DNA of 61,390 bases, the filler included, from Platydemus manokwari (taxonomy: Eukaryota): the NCBI GenBank assembly GCA_037951405.1. It is 5 parts of 5 records of this genome, joined end to end, with 100 filler letters (N's around TTAATTAATTAA, not from the genome) between each part and the next. Parts side by side here need not be neighbours in the genome. Positions count along the whole stretch, not along the records: positions 1 to 10,292 come from JBBMOY011148327.1; positions 10,393 to 20,722 come from JBBMOY011144659.1; 3 more parts are not named here. One strand, written 5' to 3'. Made by a program: the position numbers and the translations under genes. The notes under the pieces were generated by a model. That model had not been told where the DNA came from and made no database searches. It saw nothing but the letters and a program-made list of their open reading frames with translations. Below, piece after piece: positions 1-12,119 of this stretch (position 1 is its first letter; the number at the start of each line of letters is the position of its first letter).

Positions 1-502
1 AATATTTTTTGTTTTCGATTATTCAAGTTGTTTATCTTTTTGTTTCACAAATAAAACTTTTTAATAGGTATTGTCTTCTTGTTTCGATTCATAAATCTCA
101 AACAATTGATTTATAAATTCTCTTATTGATAACTGAAATAACTAGTTAATTTTTTGGTGATATCGTTATGTGATTTGTTTAAATCATCATTCAGTGTGAA
201 ATTACAAATTTTAATCGATTCGATTTGAAACATAATTTATTGGGAGTAATGGATATTCTATGTTATATTATTAATAATAGACAAAACAATATCCATTAAT
301 ATTAATATCTTTTCACTACAGTCCTATTAACGATTTAAACAAAAATTATATCTATAACGATTGATGTCAGGACCTAAAAAATTACTGACAGATGTTTGGT
401 TACTAGATATGAAATAGTTATTTGGAGACATGTGATTCCATGGCGAAATATAAATAATAAATGAGTGTGTTAAAACAAAGAATCCTAATATTATTTATAT
501 TA

Positions 503-1401
503 TTAGCGCAAATAAATTATATTCTTACTATGATTTATATTAGAAACTTCAATGAGCTTTTTCATGCTCTTGTCTTTGTCTAAAGAATAAAGATGATTCT
601 GTACGATTTTATGATCCTTAATTGTTCTTATCGTTGAAGATCTAAGCTTTCTACAAATGTCTTTGATGTAATTTTCATCTGGATAAATAACGAATGGAGA
701 AGCTTTATAACTCAACCAAAATCCCCTATTTTCACCTTCAATGCTGGGATTGAATTTATATTTCACAACAAGTTTGCTTGTAACTGAAGTGAAAACATGG
801 CTCTGTCTGGTCAGTTTGCAACTCCTCCAGAATTTCCCGGAAAAATCCGACAATTGAAGATATGAAGTAGAACAGTCTAATTTCATGTCTAATATGACAA
901 CGACGATGTTCTGGGTGATTCTGTTATCAGAAAGAGGATGATGAGACAGATCGATTGTTAATTTACAAATGACGGTATTGTTCACTGAAAGTTTGTTGGA
1001 ACGTTTGTCAAAATAAGGTGAAGCAATGAGTCCGTTTTGAGATGATGTTTCAGTGGTATGACATACATTGAGAATCGTATTCTCATGTATGCATTCGTAA
1101 ACCATTTGATAATAATCACTGATGACATTAGTGTGATTACTGGTGTTTGAAGTGATACATTTGGGGAGAATGGTGGGTTCAATGATAAATTGGCATTGAG
1201 TCTGACGATTACAAGTCAAATAATGAGTGAAATCCATGAGGTAACAATCGTTTTCTGAATGGTGGCACTTGTTGATCCTGCTTTTACCGAAAAACGCATG
1301 CTTCAAAAGTATGAGCGAATGATTAGTACATCGAAGATTGAGGATCGTCAATTTTGAATGGGTACAAATCGCTTTGACTCGAAGATCGTTTTGACATTGA
1401 A
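503..1401 (-). CDS. Large terminal exon of a Cys-rich extracellular protein: SUEL/galactose-binding-lectin-like domain followed by a CUB domain (5' exon not resolved)
   Basis: 303-codon open frame in very AT-rich DNA. SUEL-like pattern LRC..SLILLKHAFFGKS..C..C..C..C..C..YYQMVYEC. CUB-like pattern C..NGLIASPYF..CKLTI..LDMKLDC..YLQL..C..SKLVVKY..RGFWLSYKA. The ORF-track start is TTG; a pyrimidine-rich acceptor (ctttttcag, minus strand) puts the exon start at 1401. Confidence 0.72.
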
Positions 1402-2347
1402 CTGAAAAAGCCAATTATTTAATACATTGCGAAACAAGACTTTAATATACACCTTATGAGGATTTTAAAATGAAAGCGATGATTTGTAAAAAATGAATTT
1501 GAAAGATTTTATATTAAGGAACGTTGATTTGTATCGTGACTTAGTTTCTTTATGAATGTGTGTTTTATAAAATAGTTGAGGCTTACACACCTCCTATATT
1601 CAATCGATTAATGGTAGGCCTTAAATGACATATACTTTAAGTTTCGCATATTTACAAATATGATTCCTTATTTAATAATATTAAAATTCAATAAATAGTC
1701 AAATCTTAAGAAATCAATTTTAGCCCCAAGTTTTACTAGGGCTGATTACCCCCCACAACCAGAGCGCGAGGAATTTAATTACAAATTCAAATTTTCATTA
1801 CACATTCAGAACTTAATAAATCTATAATAAAAATTTTGTTGATGTATCTATTGAGGTCACGCTTGAATGAATTTTTCGAGAATCTCTTCTATGTTGTGGT
1901 GATTTAGGAATATATCAATGGATTAATTTGGAATCCATCATAAGAAATAAATTTCTTTACTGAATTATGTTATTTAGCAATATGCTTGATACAAGAAACA
2001 ATTGATAAATTATTTTGAAATTAGTCACAGGCGACGATTCATATAAAATCTATGGACGCTTGTTGAGAATTGAAGGGCCTTGAATTGGTTGATGAATGGA
2101 TTTACACTTTGGAAAAGAAGCACTTAATTGTGGAAAAATTTTCCGGAATTAAATTCGATTAACAGTTGTGAATGAAGAAAAGAATATGGCGAAAATAATG
2201 CAATCGAAGTTCATTTGGTTATTTATGGTCAATGAATACGTTCACTGAACTCATGAAAATGATATAGATTATGATTTAGCGTAATAATGACGGATTGAAA
2301 GAGTGCCCGATACAAACAGTAATTAAAATAAAGGATTACATGGTGGT

Positions 2348-2545
2348 GTGCCACATAAGTTTGAAAACCTTTCAATTCTTGGAATCATTTTTAAATTTTT
2401 CTATCCACGATATTTGAAATTTACAAAGAAGGTTGCGTTATGCCTTCTCGTTACACTGATTTTTGCCAGTGATGAAGAGACAATTCGAAAACAGAAGGCA
2501 ATAATTCGAATCCCTATCACAAAACAAGATCTAACTCTGAAATAA
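2348..2545 (+). mobile_element. Possible decayed hAT transposase C-terminal dimerisation remnant
   Basis: YPRYLKFTKKVALCLLVTLIFASDEETIRKQKAIIRIPITKQDL loosely follows the hAT pattern FP..AL..L.T....AS.ER.FSKLK....R..M.Q.RL. The surrounding frames are full of stops. Confidence 0.3.
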
Positions 2546-2964
2546 AAAATCATGGCAAATTTTTGTTGATGCTAATATTCAATTTTTCAGAAAAACTCAA
2601 ATATAGCCTATCAATTTAGGTTCTAATTAAGTATAAAATAATTTTGAATGACATTAACGTAATAATAACCACATATAAAATTATTTCTTTGGGTAATATA
2701 ATGAGAATATGATATAGGAAATATTACAAAAGCTTTGAAACTCAATAAAGGACGGTTCTTGTTACTTGATTTTCATTACGTCAGTGTGGAAACGAATGAA
2801 ATGAAATATTCGTCTCGTTTTACTCAATGAATGTATGGTTTTTTTTTTACTTAATGAAAAGCATATTGATTTATTCGGCAAAATATCAACATGAAGATGA
2901 AATTTACAAGAAATTTTCTTCATTAAGTACCATGTCAAAATAAAATGGTCAGAATTAATGCTTA

Positions 2965-4050
2965 TTAATGACCAATGTAAAGAAGTATATTACTGAACCA
3001 GTGCGTTTGATCTAATAACAAGTGCAGCGCATCTAATCTTTTGAATAAAACCACATCTTCAATCAATCTATTCATTACAAAAGCAAAGCCACTTAATTCA
3101 ATTAAAATGCTTATAAATGATATTGCTATAGTTGTGATGGTTTGTCGATTCAAACGAGTAGTCAGCAATCATACTGGGTTTCTTAGTCTTTAAATTCACG
3201 AGTGGCTGAGATGATCTGGAAATCCATAGTTCTATAATTCAATTGCTTATGGATTTGAATCCACGGCCACTTTATACGATAATATAACAATTCTTAGATC
3301 AATTTGATTTGTCAGTATATTTTTCGAGCTTAATAATAAAAATAATATTCCATATAAAATAATGGTCTAAAACAAGTTCATACCACCATCTACAATAATA
3401 AATTTTAGTGTTGTATTCAGAAAATTATGAAAAATCTCATTGTTTTCAAGGTTCGGAAATCCTTTTCTATATTTGTTATTCTTCAATGATTATCATTTAA
3501 AAATATAGTCAACTTCATTGTGTTGGTAAGAATAAGATAATGCAATCAACGCAGGCATTATAAAGACACATCATGGCTTTTGTTTCCAGATTTTATCAAT
3601 TATTCGTTATCATAGGCTTCGTTGAAATCAACAAGCATTCCTTTTCATATTCATCGAAATATTGATGGAATCAGAAATGTTTTAACTGACTTTTCGAAAG
3701 TTTTATTGGAATTTTTAAGTCAGGAAATTTTAAATTGCCCTCACAAATTTTTTGAGCATAAAATAATAATTCTTAATACGGATTAGAAATATAATTATTT
3801 ATTTACAAGAATAATATATTATTTTCGTTATTCGTAAATAATTTGGATTAAATCATTTCATTCTCTCAGCCTATATACTAAATTTATTTTTAATTTTAAA
3901 AAGGAACTCTTGAAATAAGTTTTAATCTTATAAATAAATAATCTTACAAAATCAAGAAAATAAACTATTACCGTACGCACAGATCCACAGAACGAACAAT
4001 CCCACTCCTCCAGTTGAAACAATCATCGATAGAGGAGAATTGAAATAATA
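2965..4050 (-). pseudogene. Probable rhodopsin-class (peptide-receptor-like) GPCR pseudogene
   Basis: TM6/TM7-like segment RLNRQTITTIAISFISILIELSGFAF...HWFSNILLY in ORF 2965-3168. TM3-end-like LFVLWICAY / AERMK*FNP flanks a GT-AG intron at 3971-3871. Multiple stops and frameshifts. Confidence 0.4.
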
Positions 4051-7000
4051 ATTCAAAAATACATCGAAATTGAGATGTCACAACAATTCCATCAACAAAA
4101 TAATACGACACATGAAAAGTGAAAAGGCATTGATATTGATCAGTTAGATCTCCAGAGAGCAGTTTTCCTCTTGATTTCATTGGTTAAAATAAGTGTTGAG
4201 GAAAAATTACTTGACAATATCTTTATTATGGAAAATATAAACTTTTGTTTCTTCAAATACCTGATTAAGAGATATGAAATCATTTTGCTATTATTATCAT
4301 TCTTGTTAAATGTTCGCAGATTAATACATCCCATTTTTGTGACTATTGTTGATTGCCTTATTAAACCATGTTAATTTTATTGTATTGATTTATTCGACCA
4401 TATTTTTTAACAAATATTTTTCCCCAATTCCGGCTTTGAAATTGGAAAATGATACTGTTAAACAGGCGACAACCCATGTCGCCAGAATTTTAAGTGGCGA
4501 CTAAATGAGAGAGCCCACTTTCGTTATCAGTTTTCAGTTTTTATAACCACTAACGTTTGTTTCAATTTTGAAATGAATTGAAAGATCCGAATAGAAGCAT
4601 TTCGATATTGGAAATTGCAATAGTCTTCTTCTGTTGGTGGTTTCCATTTTCATGTATTTTGAGTTCTTCAGGATCGTTTCATTTGGATAGCATGATAGAA
4701 TATATGTACTCAGAATCAATTCAATGCTGATATTTACAATATTTTATCAATAATTTTTATTTTATGATATTTATTTGATTATTTTATCATAAATAATTTT
4801 GATTTACCAACAATTCGGTTTATTACTTTATCAAAAGAAAAGGAAATGATGAATTTATTACGAATCAAACTCCTTGAATAACTATTTCTTAGTCACAGAG
4901 TAGTTGGAGTTATTGAATACTTGTTCTCTTGCGAAAATATCGTCTTATAAATTTCCTAAGGCAATTCCACTATAAGATTGTAATCGCTATTTTTAATTAT
5001 TGCTCATTTACTCTACTTAATTATATGGCTTATAAAATGCACAGAGAAAAAAGAAAATTTAAGTTCTGAACATCATCGCATGCTCAACAACCTCAGAATG
5101 AAGTTATGATTTACGTAAATCTTTTTTCTATGTATAATATTAAATTATAATTCTATGATAAACTTAGTATCATTATTTCCATTTCCCTAAATCTAAATTC
5201 TTTAAGTTAAAGGAAATAATAGATGCCAAAACATGTTAAAGTCCACCAACTCCCTTGAGGAAGTAATCCAGTAATGGGTTTATCACTGTATTTCACCACT
5301 CAAATTCTCGGACGCCTTTGAAGATTTTTATTTCCTTTGAGGTTTACCATATTTTAATCAGAGAACTTCTGTTTCCATTGAGCAGAAAAAAACCGTTGAC
5401 GAATATTTGATTCGCAATTTTCCAAACAAATTTTACCATTTCCTTTTTTATTTGTTGAAGGCCAATTTCGTAGAATGGAACGGAAATGTGATTTACGATT
5501 TGTTTGATATACGATCAATGTAATCCTTTAGAACGATATTTTTGGAGAAATGTTTGAGCCAAAATTTTATCCATGAAACGGAGATCAAAATAATTAAATG
5601 GTGTGGCTGGTTTAAAGAAAAGCCAAATAGCACTAGTATATCGAATATTTGGACCGTTACTAATTCGGAACAAATACATACTTATCCATCTACCATGTTT
5701 GGTGAACTTCGAAATAAAAAAATTACTATAAATATTAAATAGCATCAGCCGCGAAAAGTATTTGTAGATATCTATTACAATAACGCACATTTGTAAATAA
5801 ATAAATCATATGGCCTAATTTGTGATATCAAATTACGTATTCGATTTTTAAATGAATTTAAACAAAATTTTGTGTTGACAACTTATTTCAAATATCATTC
5901 AAGTCATCGCAATCTATTCAATCTTAGAACATACAGTGATGAAGAGTTTGAATCACCTTGTGAAAAGTTATGTTATGTTATATTAAATATTAAATTATCT
6001 ATTGTTGAATTTCGGAGTTGTTTATGTCCGTACTGAATAGTATGATTGAGTGAAATACAGTTTTACAACTTTCGATTACCCTGGGCCCAACAAAATGCAC
6101 TTTACCATTCGCATTTCTTCACTATTTCAAAGTTAATGAGAGTTTGTAAATTGAACCCTCGCTAATTCCAACAGGTATTTCTACTCATCTGTATCCGATT
6201 CCGATTTTTCGAATACAATATTTATGATTCATTTATTGATGAACTCAAACTCACGGCCGTTTCATTCACATTTTTGTTCCATACCCTCATATCTGCCTTC
6301 TATATTCTAGTACATATTGAACAAAGCCAACGTACTTCTTACTTTGAACTTCTAAAAATCAAAGACTAAATTTCAAGTTTTCATTTAAAATCGTTGATGG
6401 ATCTTTAATTGTTGGTCTGATAGCTAAGATATATCGAGTATTTCTCACCGTTAATAATCTAGTCATTAATGAATTATAACTACTTTAAGTATATTTGTGC
6501 TGAATTTTATCCCCCAAATATCTGCCTTTACTTGGGTTGATTATATTGATTCCATTACCAGTATACATTTGCAAAAATTTAGAAGTGTGTATAAGTGTCT
6601 CGATTTAAGGTAAATTTAGCCAACAATACTAGTGACTGAAACTAATACGTACTGCCCAAATCTAGTCAAAAAAGACAGAAAATACTTGATTTTGAAAACT
6701 AAGTTGAACAGCCTTCTCAGCTCGAATTTTTGAGAACGAGAATTAATTATGTTTGAATTGCGGGTAACTTTACCAAAAAATCAACAAAATAATAATAAAA
6801 TTTACTTTGCACACTGAATTAGTCGTATAACGATTATATGTTTAGATCATTGAGTTTTTTTGTTACTGAAAAGGACGAGCAATTTCAGTACAATAATAGA
6901 AATTGCTTGATCGAACAAAATTTAAGAAAATAACTTGTAACAATTTTTGTTCAGTTATTTCTTAAGTTATCTATTTACACCCCCCTTAATCTCTGCTACA

Positions 7001-7517
7001 CTCTCGATTCTCATTGGTTGGGAATTTTCTCCATTATCTCCATATTCACTCCATTACCATTGGAACAAGTTCATTCATCATGGGAATTTATTATTTGATT
7101 TGTTTTTCCTTTTAAGTTTACAGTCAGATGAGGTATGGAGGAACCATTATGTTTAAAAATACATTTTGTATCGAAATTATGGATTATTTATGTACCCAAC
7201 TTTATACTTTGTTATTTTGTTTGTTGTATCGAAAAATGCTGATACTACAAATATCAATGAAAATAATAATTTCATGATTTCAAAATTTATCTGTCTAACA
7301 TTATCGATATTTCTGGTTTTATTTACAGGTTTTGTAAACAAATCAGTCTCATCTTCAACACATTAAAAAAGTTTTTTTAACGAAAACAGACTAGAATAAT
7401 GAATTGAAAACGAACAGTATTCGATACAGCAAAAAATCCAATCTTGCAGGTGAAGCTAATTGTCTGCATTAAAACGTTATTAGCTCAAAATATTATATAT
7501 TTATATCGTCTTTATTT

Positions 7518-7865
7518 TCAAAGAGACGAATTTATTTGGAGAAACTTTCGACCTGTTAATAATTCTTTGAAATACTCGAAATAATACAGAATCAATAAAC
7601 GCCGTATCATATTTTTCTTAGTCATGTCGAATTTTAAATCAATAAATCCGTATACAGACTGATATACTTTACCAAATTGATTAATTATCGATTTATAAAT
7701 TCCACTTCTTCTACATTTCTTTACACAGCGTTTGATACGTTCCTGATTTGCATAAAATACATTCAAAATATCCAAGTTTCTTCTCGCTTCTGGTAAGATG
7801 TCCAATTTAAATCGAAAAATCGACTCAAAATGAGTAGATACCGTGCTATTTATTATGTCGAACAA
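7518..7865 (-). CDS. Hypothetical exon/ORF, no recognisable domain
   Basis: 115-codon stop-free frame with ordinary composition; begins at a non-ATG codon; no homology recognised. Confidence 0.25.
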   Translation of the reverse strand: MFDIINSTVSTHFESIFRFKLDILPEARRNLDILNVFYANQERIKRCVKKCRRSGIYKSIINQFGKVYQSVYGFIDLKFDMTKKNMIRRLLILYYFEYFKELLTGRKFLQINSSL

Positions 7866-8572
7866 TGTCGATAAAATAAATCTCCACGAGAATATAATGT
7901 GATTTCTTTATGGGAAGTACTTGTTAATACATGAAAGAAATTAAATTTGATAAAAACAATTTTTGTGTTCGTAGCAGATCGAATATAGGTCAGCGATAAT
8001 TTGAATATATTGTGATCATAGATTTAGATTAAACGATTCCAATATTCAAATGATGACGAGAATCGTTTTGTGACATAATCTAGCACTGGTATGTGTGTAT
8101 TTGTGTGTGTCTGTTTGTATTTGTGCACCGTACTGCATTCTTCACCTTTTTTCTTCAATCAACACACAGAAACACACAAGCTTGTCTTTACGTGTTTGCC
8201 TAATTTTTTTTACCAATTTTCACCTACATTTGATGGGATATTGATTATTTTATTAGTACTCTATCATTATTATCATGTCCTTCAGTTCGATTAGCGGATC
8301 AGGTGAGTTTTCATAAATTTTTCAATATGTGTATTGAAAAATTCTCAACAATCCAGCTCTATGTTGTCAATGTTCTGGATTAATCTACAAAGCTGAAGAT
8401 GCTTGCCAAGCAATGGGAATGTTATTTCATAATAATTGTTTCGTCTGTTGTTGTTGCTGTAAGTTATTACATTATTTTTTTAAAGAAAAAAAACTAAAAA
8501 CGAAAATTTTCAAATCTATGTATAATGAAAAATAATAAAATGAACGTTTTTCTTTTTCTCTGTCTCTCTCGG

Positions 8573-8897
8573 TCATCCATATTTATATGCCATGATTGAA
8601 AATTGATTTAATCGAAAATGGATGAAATTCTTCCCGTCATGACTGACGCAACTGAATGATTTTAAAAAGAAATCAAACATTACGTTCTAAAACAACCCTA
8701 ATAAACCTTCCGAAATTTTTACCAACAATCACATGCCAACAAGGTCCGTATTTGCTGTCCAGGCTCATTTTCAAGTGTCGAGCGATGTCTTTTTCGAGTT
8801 TCATGCTTTGAATAGCTTCCAAACCGGTGTTGATCGTGAATTTTTGTGTTTCTTCATCCATCAGTGAATTCTTGACGACATCTGTCCAATGTGGCAT
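8573..8897 (-). CDS. Dynein light chain LC8 family protein, 89 aa; exons 8897-8707 and 8651-8573
   Basis: LC8 motifs EKDIA..K..LD.KYGPCWHVIVGKNFGS. A 55-bp GT-AG intron (8706-8652) restores SCVSHDGKNFIHFRLNQFSIMAYKYG*, giving the canonical 89-aa length. TATATAA lies ~45 bp upstream on the minus strand. Confidence 0.93.
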
Positions 8898-10221
8898 GAT
8901 GATTCTGTGTAGTGATTTATTGTCAAGATTGTCAAGTTTCTTATATATCTATGACACACAGAATTTTTGGACACCATTTTAGACAAATCGATAAAATCAT
9001 TATGTGCTCATTGACTTGTTGATTTGTTGGCCTTGACTTACTCAAACTCCGAAAAAATGTGAGAACTGTACATTATGTTCAAGTAGTATAAATCCGATCT
9101 GTATTCAATTCTAGAACTAAAATAATTATATATTATCTATAAATTTTGGAAAAACTTTTGATATCATAATGATGGGGTTTGAATTTAAAATTACTTCTAT
9201 TACTGTTATTAAATTGTGTGAGTTTTTGATCATGTTTTCTGTGAGTAGTATGGAGACTATCGCAAGAAATTATATTAATGAAATTACTTTAACGTAAATC
9301 CTAAGTTTTGATGATATAACTTTTACTTCATGTGTTCTGATTCTGTAATCGTTAATTACCATTTGAGTGATTGTATTATCAGTTATCAAAGAGAAATATA
9401 AAATGAGAGTTTGTTATCATTCTCAATTTATGACGAATTTCACTCGACGATTTTGATTCGTTGAAGAGAGCTTCAATTAGGAAAGAAAACAAAATTTGAT
9501 TGATATGTTTATTGATTAAAATTAATAAGTAAAAATGCCGGAGGAATGACAGGATCGATTGACTACCTTAATATGTGGACAAGAACTATTTTACCATAGA
9601 AATTGAGGAAAAATTAATGTGTTAAATTATGAATGCTTAACTCTCAATTGATCCGTCGGTCCTGTAAGATTTATCTGTAACTAGAAAGATTTACAGAATT
9701 ATAAAGATCCAATTAAATTACTACATAAATCATTATTTGCATTCATCACTGCTTAATACTTACAATTTATTGTCAATCATATATGGTTTTAAATATTTAA
9801 TCGATTTATTATTTTAGTTCGTTATTAATTTTCAATTACTTTATTAATTTATAATTTTGTAATCTCTTTAATTTCTAATTAATTAATCTATATTTTTAGA
9901 TTATTTCATTTAAAAAAATCCCAATTCAGTGACCTGTAACGATTGTTTTAACTCATATTAAATCATAAATCGTCCTGATAAATTGTTAATAACACAGCCA
10001 TTAAAAATCACAACTCATTGTTAATTATTAAAAATGGCCACGAATATTATAAAAATCACGAAATTATGATGGGTAAAATTATTAATGGTTTTTGAGAATT
10101 TATTGATTATATGAAATAATGAGTAATATAGGGGTGAAAATCTCAACAAATTAATAATAATTATTATTATTATATTTATAGTAATAATAGCAATAATGAT
10201 AACGATTAAAATAAGGATTAA

Positions 10222-10226
10222 TAATG

Positions 10227-10292
<66 letters not shown>
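10222..10292. repeat. (AAT)n microsatellite at contig end
   Basis: Directly visible AAT run ending at the gap. Confidence 0.95.
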
Positions 10293-10392
10293 NNNNNNNN
10301 NNNNNNNNNNNNNNNNNNNNNNNNNNNNNNNNNNNNTTAATTAATTAANNNNNNNNNNNNNNNNNNNNNNNNNNNNNNNNNNNNNNNNNNNN
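10293..10392. other. Artificial scaffold spacer (44 N + TTAATTAATTAA + 44 N)
   Basis: Identical 100-nt structure recurs at 20723, 33953 and 46555; the 12-mer gives stops in all six frames. Confidence 0.95.
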
Positions 10393-12119
10393 ATGGGCGC
10401 AGACTGGGACCATTCTTGAGGTATTCGTGGTCAATGAAAGTGATCTTTGACCAAAAATCAAAACCCAACAGTAATGTGTTCTGCAATATCTGAGCGGGTA
10501 CAATGTGTGTTTGTGTGTGTGCGCGCTTTATAATATAAATTAAAATATTTCTATGATATTGTTAACCCAATGATAATTCTAATCGTTGCGTGAGCATCAA
10601 CTGAGAGATTCGTTGAGGTTCCATGGCCGATATAAATGATTATAGTCATATCTGACTCCAAATTTACTACGGTTGTGGTTTTATCATTTAGATGGTCATC
10701 CTTATAATGTAGACATAAACAGATTTTAAAAAATACTATAAAAGCTCGTTAAATAGTAAGATTAATAATATGAAGTAAAATTTTAAAAATGGATTTTTAA
10801 TACTTCAAGTGATGTGACAGATTATTTTATCGTACCGTTCTTTCAGTAAAACAATTTGCTTGTTATTACTCACAGAAAAAACATGGTGGACTACTTGAAT
10901 TGGAGTCTTGTAGATTTAATAAAACCACGTGGTCAAAGGTTTGGATGGATTAAACAATTGACCCATCATTAATTTGTTCCTGTGTTGATGTGACGACTTG
11001 TTTACGTTTGGACAAAATTTTTCCGTGGTAAAAAGCTTAAAATTTTCTAATAATCGATTTATTTTCGTAAAATTGATTAGCATAGTTGATGAAAAGTTTA
11101 GCACTCGTAAATTGAAAGTAAGATGAAAGTTGCATTTCAGTAAATGTGCAAATGGCTGACTGGACAGTCAGTTTATATAAAATTTTTGATGACCCACGGC
11201 TTTGTTTCTTTGATTGGAGTCCTTTGTCACCATCTGCAGTCCTATTTCTATTTGGAGCAATGGCTTGCTACATGTAGTTTAACTGCTTCTATTATTATCT
11301 TTGTGTTTATTTTTAGCAACAAATGTTGCTATTTGTGTTTAACTCAGTCATCTGCTTTGTTTTTAAGCTTAATTAAAATTGGCCTAGTTTTTGGATATCA
11401 AATTTATTTTTGATAATGGTATCTGTCAATGTATTAATGTGCTTTTGATTTTTATCATATCATATTTTCATTTGCTTTTTATATATTTTATGTGTTGCAG
11501 TCTCTGACAATCCAATCTATCAAGGACTGAATAGACTCTTTTTGTCGAATAAATTTTAAACCACTTGTAAATAAATTAAATTTAGGCTTCGTCAATTAAC
11601 GGTAATAAAGAAAAACTTCCTACGTCGGTTTAAAAAGATTTTTTTTAAAACAATGATAATAACAGCATAATAAAGGATCATTAGTCTTCTTCGTTACAAG
11701 TTTTAGGGTGCATCTATTTTATTATAATGTTCTTTGTTGATAAACCATTAATTTCTGCCAAAATATTTGCAGTGATATCAGCCTTAAAGAGCATTTATTA
11801 AACGATTTTCGTAAACTAGTTTATTTCCAATTTATTTTCTGGAAGATATTTTATATCGTCCATCTTCTAGGTGTAAAAATGGGATCCGCTCGTTGTTTAA
11901 ATCAAGAAGAGTTACTTCATGATCTCTCCCCTTTGTTTTGGCCTCATTTTTTAATAAAAATTTTTTAATTCTGTTTAATTTTTCTTACCAGTTCTATCAT
12001 CAATAAGACACGTATGGACCAATAATTGTATAAATATATAATATAATACGATTTATCAAACCATTAATATGAATAGATAAAATATTAATAATAATTATTA
12101 TTATAATAAATTATGTCAG

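Noticed and set aside
4466-4501. GTCGCCA..TGGCGAC short palindrome
   Set aside because: Resembles hAT subterminal motifs, but no TIR pair or TSD could be defined.
8091-8180. TG-rich / CA-rich inverted similarity (pre-miRNA-like)
   Set aside because: Low-complexity, imperfect pairing and a large loop.
8961-8971. Sm-site-like AATTTTTGG (snRNA or spliced-leader RNA)
   Set aside because: Expected by chance in this composition; no flanking stem-loops or repeated copies seen.
10337-10348. TTAATTAATTAA palindrome recurring four times
   Set aside because: Always centred in 88 Ns; a synthetic six-frame stop linker, not biology.
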